NCBI GenBank assembly: GCA_035357435.1
Contig: DAOPNM010000029.1
Span: 1 to 5,689, forward strand
Length of the DNA: 5,689 nucleotides
Source of the DNA: an archaeon
Lineage (GTDB): Archaea > Iainarchaeota > Iainarchaeia > Iainarchaeales > CSSED10-239
Direction: 5' to 3'
The notes below the pieces were generated by a model, which saw only the letters and a program-made list of their open reading frames with translations, made no database searches and had not been told where the DNA came from. The position numbers and the translations under genes were made by a program. This document shows, piece by piece, positions 1 to 5,052 of this stretch (position 1 is the stretch's first letter; every line of letters begins with the position of its first letter).

Positions 1-1423
1 TATCAGGATTATAAATTGCCATTAACAATGCACCAATCCCCTTTTCTGATCTTTTACCTTTTCCATAAAAACCACCAACAATACAAGCATCTATTGTGTC
101 TATGTCTTCCCCAAAAGATTTTTTATACTTTATCCAATGAAATCCACGCACACCTGCTTTATAACTTGCATTTAAATCTTTTGCAATAATTCCTTCTAAT
201 CCTTTAGAAATACATTTATTAAAAAAATCTTTTAATTGAACAATATCTGTAACAATAATTGCATTTGTTGGCATTATTAATGGTGGATAATTAAAATAGT
301 TTACGACAAGCTCTCTTCTTTTTTCAAAAGGTTCTAAATAAACTTCTTTTTTATCATAATAAAGAATATCAAAAACATTTAAGTGAAGAGGTAAATTTTT
401 AGAAAACTCTATAATACCATATTTCCTTTTTCTTTGAATTGTCATTTGAAAAGAAAAGTATTTGTCATGTTTTTCATCATATGCAACAGCTTCACAATCA
501 ATAATAAAATCTTTAGGAATTCTTTTAATTGCTTTTATAATATCTGGGAACATATGTGTAATGTCTTCTTCATTTCTAGAAAAAATTTTAATTTCATTTC
601 CAAATTTATGAATTTGTTGTCTAAATCCATCTATTTTTGTATCTACTAAAAATCTATCACCTAATCTTTCTTTAATTTCTTCAAAGCTTTTTGCTCTTTC
701 ACACAATTGTGATTTAAATGGAATAAAAGGGATAAGAGACAATAACTTTACACCATCTATTCCTTTATCTTTTATAACTTTACCAATTAATCCTAAATCT
801 GAAGCAATATTATATTTTGAAGTAATAATTTCATTAAATTCCTTTTGCTTTTCTTTTTTTTCTTCATCAGGAAGGTTCAATTTATTTGCTTCTAAAAAAG
901 CAAGTGCATCTATAATTGTTGAATCGCCAAACCCCAATCTATAAGCAATTGGAAACCGTATTATATATTTTGCAGAAACTTTATCTAGATTATATAAAAG
1001 AAATTTGAAATATTTAAGTTTATTAGAAACTGCATCCTTACCGTTTGTTTGTGCAATTTTTAATAAAGTATTATAAACTTCATCAAACTCTAATGCTTTA
1101 GAAAACAATGTTCTTTGTGATTTTGTGCTTTGCAAAGTTTCAAAAACAACACCTAAATCACCAAGCTTTAAATATTCTTCTTTTATTTTATTTTCAGGCA
1201 ACCCTAGATATTCTGAAATACAAGAAATTATAGTTGCCTCTCCAAGATTTATGCTTACACTTTTGTATTTGGGACCTAATGTTCCTTGACAAAAATAAAT
1301 TAAATTAGAAATATCCTTTGCAGGAGTTTTTAAAAAAAGATCAGAAAGAATTGATGCCATTTCTAAACGACTAGATGTTTTATCTATTTTTTCAAAATAC
1401 TCTGTAATTACTTTAAATTCCAT
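1..1423 (-). CDS. lig: ATP-dependent DNA ligase (archaeal/eukaryal Lig1-like), N-terminal 474 codons; the C-terminal part (probably about 100 aa, OB-fold end) runs off the left edge
   Basis: Not in the ORF track because there is no stop inside the window. Hand translation of the minus strand from ATG 1423..1421 stays open through all 474 codons to position 2. N-terminus MEFKVITEYFEKIDKTSSRLEMASILSDLFLKTPAKDISNLIYFCQGTLGPKY is typical of the ligase DNA-binding domain. Nucleotidyltransferase motifs are in the right order: motif I K-I-D-G-F-R (637..620, catalytic Lys codon 637..635), motif III FIIDCEAVA, motif IV GLEGIIAK, motif V YKAGVRGFHWIKYK. Confidence 0.9.
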   Translation of the reverse strand, partial: MEFKVITEYFEKIDKTSSRLEMASILSDLFLKTPAKDISNLIYFCQGTLGPKYKSVSINLGEATIISCISEYLGLPENKIKEEYLKLGDLGVVFETLQSTKSQRTLFSKALEFDEVYNTLLKIAQTNGKDAVSNKLKYFKFLLYNLDKVSAKYIIRFPIAYRLGFGDSTIIDALAFLEANKLNLPDEEKKEKQKEFNEIITSKYNIASDLGLIGKVIKDKGIDGVKLLSLIPFIPFKSQLCERAKSFEEIKERLGDRFLVDTKIDGFRQQIHKFGNEIKIFSRNEEDITHMFPDIIKAIKRIPKDFIIDCEAVAYDEKHDKYFSFQMTIQRKRKYGIIEFSKNLPLHLNVFDILYYDKKEVYLEPFEKRRELVVNYFNYPPLIMPTNAIIVTDIVQLKDFFNKCISKGLEGIIAKDLNASYKAGVRGFHWIKYKKSFGEDIDTIDACIVGGFYGKGKRSEKGIGALLMAIYNPD

Positions 1424-1490
1424 ATTTTTCTTTTTATTGCAATTTTTTATTTTTATTATTAATTAATAACAAACTAACAAAATTATAAAT

Positions 1491-1548
1491 CAAAAAAAAT
1501 AAAAATAGATTTATAGATCACCATAAAAATAATAAAATGGATCTATAA
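1491..1548 (-). terminator. Candidate terminator: imperfect hairpin followed by a T5-A-T8 tract on the transcribed (minus) strand
   Basis: Inverted repeat: ttatagat(1511-1518)/atctataa(1541-1548) plus ccat(1521-1524)/atgg(1537-1540). That gives 12 bp with a 2-nt bulge (1519-1520) and a 12-nt loop. On the minus strand it is followed after 5 nt by TTTTTATTTTTTTT (plus-strand A-runs 1501-1505 and 1492-1499). Oligo-T tracts are the known archaeal termination signal. The stem is AT-rich and weak. Confidence 0.35.
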
Positions 1549-1637
1549 TAACCATTAATTAAATTAGAAAAACAACACAAATGGTGTCCAAGAAATAACG
1601 TGTTTTTATAAATGATATTGCAGTTGGTTAAAATAAA

Positions 1638-1663
1638 ATGAAAAGTTTAAATGAAAAGCTTAA
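1638..1663. repeat. Tandem 13-nt direct repeat, two copies with one mismatch (ATGAAAAGTTTAA / ATGAAAAGCTTAA)
   Basis: Read directly: 1638-1650 and 1651-1663 differ only at T1646/C1659. It lies in the spacer 29-54 nt downstream of the proS stop. On the minus strand each copy contributes a CTTTTC tract. Confidence 0.7.
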
Positions 1664-1685
1664 CAGATGACCAATACATAATTTT

Positions 1686-1691
1686 AAAAAA
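1686..1691 (-). terminator. T6 tract immediately after the proS stop codon (possible archaeal oligo-T termination signal)
   Basis: Minus strand reads TAA TTTTTT AAAAT directly after the proS stop (1694..1692). More short T-tracts follow within 70 nt. Confidence 0.3.
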
Positions 1692-3155
1692 TTAATAACT
1701 TCTTCCAATATAAACAATTGCTTTTGCTTTTTTCCCACAGACTACACAAACATCGTCTTCTCCTGGCAAATCTTCAATATCCATCCTTTCTCCACGAACA
1801 TCTGCACCATCTGTATCTGCTTTTAATTTATCAGCACATTCTTTGCCATCCATCTCTGTACTACATAAAGGTATTCTTATAAGCATACCATCATCTAATG
1901 CTGTCTTTAGGTCTTCATATTTAGTAACAGAAACAATCCTTTTTTCAAATTCTTTATCTGCCTGAGCTTTTAGATTTATTGTAAATTCTTGTGAAATTTC
2001 TTTAATTTTTTTAAAAGCATCATCTAATGGTACAACTTCTTTTGTGTTAAGATCTCTTCTAAAAATTGTTAGTGTATGGTTTTCTAAATCTTTAGGACCA
2101 ACTTCTAATCTTATTGGAACCCCTTTCATTTCCCAAAAATCAAATCTCTCTTTTGGTGTTTTTTCTTTATCATTATCTATTCTTGTAACATAACCAAGTT
2201 TTTCTAAATCTTCTGCTAAATCAACACATAATTCTTCTATTTTGTTAGTATCTGCCTCTTTAAAATATAAAGGTAAAATAATTATATGAATTGGTGCAAG
2301 CTCAAATGGCAATCTCAAACCTTTTTTATCTCCATGTATAGATATTAATCCACCATATATTCTAGAAATACCAGGGCCATAACATGTACCCATTGGATAT
2401 TTATAATTTCCATCTTTATCCTTATATTTAACATCAAAAGCTTTTGTGAATTTATCACCTAATAAGTGTGTAGATGGAAGTTGTAAAATTTTACCATTTG
2501 GCATAATTGTGTCTGCTGCAAATGTATCTATGGCACCAGGAAATTTATCCCATTCTGGCCTCTTAAAAAAAATAAATGGAATACCAAATTTGTCATGTAA
2601 TATATCTTCACTAATCTGCATATCTTGTAAAACCTGCTCTTTTGCTTCATCTAGTGTTTCGAAAACATTATGTGTTTCAAACCAATAAAATTCTCTTGCT
2701 CTAAAAAATGGTTTTGTTGCTTTTGTTTCATATCTAAAAATATTTGCTCTCTGATATGTCTTTAATGGTAAATCTTTATAACTTTGTACCCAATATTTAA
2801 ACATATAATAAAAAGCAGTCTCGCTTGTTGGTCGCAAGGCATATCTTTCTTCAAATTTTTCATCACCATGCTCAGTTACCCAAAACACATTAGGGGTAAA
2901 CCCCTCAACATGTTCTGCCTCTTTTTTAAAATTTTCTTCAGGTATTAAACAAGGCATAATAACTTGTTCATGGCCTGTTTCATTTAACTTATTTTCATAA
3001 ATCCAAAACATTTTACTCATTGTTGATACACACCATGGCCTATATACAATTGTCCCTTTAATATTATATCTGAGATCTGCTAATTCTGCTTTATCTACAA
3101 TTTCATTAAACCATTTGTTAAAATCAACAATTTTATATTCTTCTGTAGATGACAT
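1692..3155 (-). CDS. proS: Prolyl-tRNA synthetase, archaeal/eukaryal-type class IIa, with no INS editing insertion
   Basis: 487-aa ORF, ATG 3155..3153, TAA 1694..1692. Class II signature regions: NIFRYETKATKPFFRAREFYWFETH (motif 2 region) and GTCYGPGISRIYGGLISIHGD (motif 3 region). The N-terminus FNKWFNEIVDKAELADLRYNIKGTIVYRPW is typical of this family. The C-terminal Cys-rich domain (C-x8-C ... C-x2-C) ends in ...YIGRSY; a terminal Tyr is characteristic of archaeal-type ProRS. Confidence 0.95.
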   Translation of the reverse strand: MSSTEEYKIVDFNKWFNEIVDKAELADLRYNIKGTIVYRPWCVSTMSKMFWIYENKLNETGHEQVIMPCLIPEENFKKEAEHVEGFTPNVFWVTEHGDEKFEERYALRPTSETAFYYMFKYWVQSYKDLPLKTYQRANIFRYETKATKPFFRAREFYWFETHNVFETLDEAKEQVLQDMQISEDILHDKFGIPFIFFKRPEWDKFPGAIDTFAADTIMPNGKILQLPSTHLLGDKFTKAFDVKYKDKDGNYKYPMGTCYGPGISRIYGGLISIHGDKKGLRLPFELAPIHIIILPLYFKEADTNKIEELCVDLAEDLEKLGYVTRIDNDKEKTPKERFDFWEMKGVPIRLEVGPKDLENHTLTIFRRDLNTKEVVPLDDAFKKIKEISQEFTINLKAQADKEFEKRIVSVTKYEDLKTALDDGMLIRIPLCSTEMDGKECADKLKADTDGADVRGERMDIEDLPGEDDVCVVCGKKAKAIVYIGRSY

Positions 3156-3160
3156 TTTTT

Positions 3161-3164
3161 CTCC
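3161..3164 (-). promoter_or_regulatory. Shine-Dalgarno-like GGAG, 5 nt upstream of the proS ATG
   Basis: The minus strand between the upstream stop and the proS start reads TAA AAATGGAGAAAAA ATG. The spacer is only 13 nt, consistent with co-transcription and re-initiation. Confidence 0.5.
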
Positions 3165-3168
3165 ATTT

Positions 3169-3765
3169 TTACAATTTTTGTAATATAATTTTTGTCAATA
3201 TATTATTTTGTGCAACATCTGTTATAATTTTTTCTTTTTTATATGTATACTCTTTAAGTAATTCATTAAACTCTTTTTCAAATTCATTTCTTTCTTCTGT
3301 ATTTAATGATGCAAGATATTTCCCTTGTGATTTTAAAAGTGTATAATGATCTAATCTGTTTTTTAGTTCTTTAAATTCATTAATTTCTGTCAATATATCA
3401 TATGTTTGTCTTAAAAATATAGTTGTATATTTTTTAACAATTTTCTTTTCATAAACATTGTTTTTTTTGTAATTTTTATTTTTTAAATATCGTAGTTTTA
3501 CATATAATAGTTCTTTATTATTTTCTAATATTGTAACTAATGTATCTATATGGTTTGGTTTAAAATCTCCATATCTTTGTTTTAAGGCAACTATTTCTTG
3601 TGGTAAAAGATGATTATATACTTTTTTATACTGGACAATCTCTTTTCTTATTTTTTCTGCTTGTGGTAATTTTTTAGTTTCAAATCGTATTTCTAATTGT
3701 TTACCATTGCTTTTTTTATTACTTTTAGATATATTAGAATTTTCTAATTTTCTTTGATTAGGCAT
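3169..3765 (-). CDS. Hypothetical lysine-rich, probably all-helical protein (198 aa from the ATG); no family recognised
   Basis: A stop-free ORF of about 600 nt in stop-rich AT-rich DNA. It fills the gap between tRNA-Pro and proS on the same strand. The ORF-track start at 3774 is a TTG; the first ATG is 3765..3763 (MPNQRKLENSNISK...), which I prefer. About one residue in six is Lys. There is no Cys, no Trp and no internal Met. I see no catalytic motif. Confidence 0.65.
   Translation of the reverse strand: MPNQRKLENSNISKSNKKSNGKQLEIRFETKKLPQAEKIRKEIVQYKKVYNHLLPQEIVALKQRYGDFKPNHIDTLVTILENNKELLYVKLRYLKNKNYKKNNVYEKKIVKKYTTIFLRQTYDILTEINEFKELKNRLDHYTLLKSQGKYLASLNTEERNEFEKEFNELLKEYTYKKEKIITDVAQNNILTKIILQKL
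3711..3744 (-). repeat. Copy A of a 34-nt direct repeat (partner at 5077..5110)
   Basis: Plus strand tttttttattacttttagatatattagaattttc versus tttttttattatttttagatatattagaatcttc. That is 32/34 identical, with an 18-nt exact core ttttagatatattagaat (3723-3740 = 5089-5106). Here it encodes E-N-S-N-I-S-K-S-N-K-K near the N-terminus of the hypothetical protein. Confidence 0.85.
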
Positions 3766-3786
3766 ATACAACAAACTTATATTAAA

Positions 3787-3858
3787 TGAGGTTACCCGGA
3801 TTCGAACCGGGGTCGTAAGCTCCCAAAGCTTATATGCTAACCACTACACCATAACCCC
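3787..3858 (-). tRNA. tRNA-Pro, anticodon UGG
   Basis: Minus strand: GGGGTTA TG GTGT AGTGGTTA GCAT A TAAGC TTTGGGA GCTTA CGAC CCCGG TTCGAAT CCGGG TAACCTC A. It has a 7-bp acceptor stem (one G-U) and a 5-bp anticodon stem. The anticodon loop carries U33, anticodon TGG and G37. The 5-bp GC T-stem closes a TTCGAAT loop. A14 and G18G19 are present in the D-loop. Total 72 nt, no intron, CCA not encoded, discriminator A73 with G1:C72. Confidence 0.9.
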
Positions 3859-3879
3859 TTTTTTATTACTCTAATTTTA

Positions 3880-3887
3880 TTAATAAA
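3880..3887 (-). promoter_or_regulatory. Candidate archaeal TATA box for the tRNA-Pro (and possibly downstream) transcript
   Basis: Minus strand TTTATTAA lies at -29..-22 relative to tRNA nucleotide 1, about where a TATA box is expected. The whole 66-nt spacer is AT-rich and holds other TATA-like strings (TTATATAT further upstream), so the exact element is uncertain. Confidence 0.3.
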
Positions 3888-3909
3888 TAATATATAATGA
3901 GTAACATTT

Positions 3910-3914
3910 AAAAA
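3910..3914 (-). terminator. T5 tract 11 nt after the PLD stop codon (possible oligo-T terminator)
   Basis: Minus strand after TAA (3927..3925): AATATAATTCTTTTTAAATG. Confidence 0.25.
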
Positions 3915-3924
3915 GAATTATATT

Positions 3925-5052
3925 TTATGAAACATTTAAATCATTCCACAAGAACCAATAATTATTAAAATAATTTGTATATTCTTGTGCAATTTCAGGA
4001 TCATATACAAAAATTAATGTTTCATCATTATTTTCAGTACCATTAACAGAAAGATTCATAGAACCAGTAATCACAAGCACATTGTCTATAATACATAATT
4101 TATTGTGCATATTTTTTGCATTTTTATCTTTTATTACAGGAATGTTTAAATCAATTAATTTTGAATATTCCGAATATTCATCAATAGTATTGGTTTCAAA
4201 AATAAACCTTTTTGAAACATTTTTATCTTTTAAAACATTTGTAGCATCGTCTAATGTAAAACTATAAAACATACAATCAATAGAAACATTTGCGTCATTC
4301 AACTTTTCTAAAAAATGAAATTTACAATTGTCTTCTGGACAAAAATAAAATTCAATATTTTTTATTTTATTATAGTTGATGTCTTTAGAAACTGAAGGGC
4401 TAAAATTTCCTTGAAAAAATGAATCTATTTTTTTTGTAAATTGCTCAGCAATATCTTTGTTTTCGAAGACTATATAATTATTGTTGTTTTTATAAATATC
4501 ATTTAATGTAAAATTCATAGACCCGACTAAAATTGTTTTATTATCAAACACACAAAATTTGTTGTGCATATATGATTGCTCGGAATCATTTAAAATAACA
4601 GCTATACCTGCAGATTTCAATAAACCAATCTGTGAATTTTTTTTAGAAGATCTACCTAAATCAGAAACAAGTCTTATAGATTTACCTTTTTCTTTGGCAG
4701 AAACTAAAGCTTGTCTTATAGATACTAAATCTATATCATAAACTGCACAATCAATTGACTCTTTAGCGTCTTCAATCAAATCTAATAATACTGATTCACA
4801 TTCATCACTAGGACAAAAATAAACATTTACAGGAATTGTGTCTTTTCCAAAAATATTTATCCCAGAAGAATTATTTATAGATGATGTGTCAGTACCAGAT
4901 ATTTTATTTGTATCTGGCGTTATAATCTCTTGATTTTGATCTGGAGCATTTGAAGAAGACATCATGTCTTTAATATCCGGCAAAAAAACAATAAACAATA
5001 AAGCAACAATAAAAACAATCAAAACAATTGTTATAATCTTATCAAAATCCAT
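3925..5052 (-). CDS. Membrane-anchored phospholipase D superfamily protein with two complete HKD motifs (tandem Nuc/Zucchini-like halves); substrate (nucleic acid or phospholipid) unknown
   Basis: HKD motif 1 is HNKFCVFDNKTILVGSMN (4566..4513). HKD motif 2 is HNKLCIIDNVLVITGSMN (4107..4054). Both fit H-x-K-x4-D-x6-G-S-x-N. Each half of about 145 aa begins YFCP-x-D-x-C ... SIDC-x-x-Y. From ATG 5052 the N-terminus is MDFDK, then one hydrophobic helix IITIVLIVFIVALLFIVFL, then an S/T/N-rich linker. The ORF track starts the ORF at ATG 5142, which would overlap the upstream gene by 100 nt. I prefer 5052, but the start is not settled. Confidence 0.85.
   Translation of the reverse strand: MDFDKIITIVLIVFIVALLFIVFLPDIKDMMSSSNAPDQNQEIITPDTNKISGTDTSSINNSSGINIFGKDTIPVNVYFCPSDECESVLLDLIEDAKESIDCAVYDIDLVSIRQALVSAKEKGKSIRLVSDLGRSSKKNSQIGLLKSAGIAVILNDSEQSYMHNKFCVFDNKTILVGSMNFTLNDIYKNNNNYIVFENKDIAEQFTKKIDSFFQGNFSPSVSKDINYNKIKNIEFYFCPEDNCKFHFLEKLNDANVSIDCMFYSFTLDDATNVLKDKNVSKRFIFETNTIDEYSEYSKLIDLNIPVIKDKNAKNMHNKLCIIDNVLVITGSMNLSVNGTENNDETLIFVYDPEIAQEYTNYFNNYWFLWNDLNVS

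Noticed and set aside
434-649. Track ORF, 71 aa, plus strand
   Set aside because: It lies entirely antisense to the ligase coding region, including ligase motif I. The sequence is low-complexity and F/I/N-rich, typical of an antisense frame in AT-rich DNA.
1439-1446. AAAATTG on the coding strand ending exactly 16 nt before the ATG of lig. The same heptamer has the same spacing before proS (plus 3172-3178). It recalls the giant-virus AAAATTGA early-promoter motif.
   Set aside because: The heptamer (caatttt on the plus strand) occurs at least three more times inside coding regions of this window (about 1054, 3128 and 3437). Flanking positions do not align beyond A-runs. The last base is C or T rather than A. 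Two cases with equal spacing are too little to call.
1549-1691. Possible C/D-box sRNA, split-tRNA half or other small RNA in the proS-lig spacer (for example a D-loop-like CAGTTGGTTA at 1621-1630 and AGATGA at 1665-1670)
   Set aside because: I found no proper C box (RUGAUGA) paired with a D box (CUGA) on either strand, no T-arm-like GTTCRAATC, and no acceptor-stem complementarity. The resemblances are isolated short strings.
2446-2688. Track ORF, 80 aa, plus strand
   Set aside because: Antisense to the well-supported proS catalytic core. No recognisable motif.
3193-3198. Perfect bacterial -35 hexamer TTGACA on the minus strand upstream of proS
   Set aside because: There is no -10-like hexamer at 16-19 nt spacing; the nearest TAAAAT is 21 nt away. 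The locus otherwise looks archaeal. The hexamer lies within a 14/15-nt tandem repeat at the 3' end of the upstream ORF (aatttttgtaatat / aatttttgtcaatat, 3173-3201).
3149-3346. Track ORF, 65 aa, plus strand
   Set aside because: Antisense across the proS start and the 3' end of the 198-aa ORF. Hydrophobic, low-complexity composition. The co-oriented minus-strand genes explain this region better.
3169-3765. Idea that the 198-aa protein is a free-standing ProRS trans-editing factor (YbaK/ProX family)
   Set aside because: Its composition and predicted all-helical character do not resemble the Gly-rich alpha/beta YbaK fold, and I see none of that family's conserved motifs. Any link to ProRS rests on gene position alone.
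3766-3774. Track start of the 201-aa ORF at 3774
   Set aside because: The codon at 3774..3772 is TTG, not ATG. An ATG follows three codons later (3765..3763), so I use that. The difference is only 3 residues.
4082-4267. Track ORF, 61 aa, plus strand
   Set aside because: Antisense to the second HKD half of the PLD gene, so it is a shadow ORF.
4559-4741. Track ORF, 60 aa, plus strand
   Set aside because: Antisense to the first HKD half of the PLD gene, so it is a shadow ORF.
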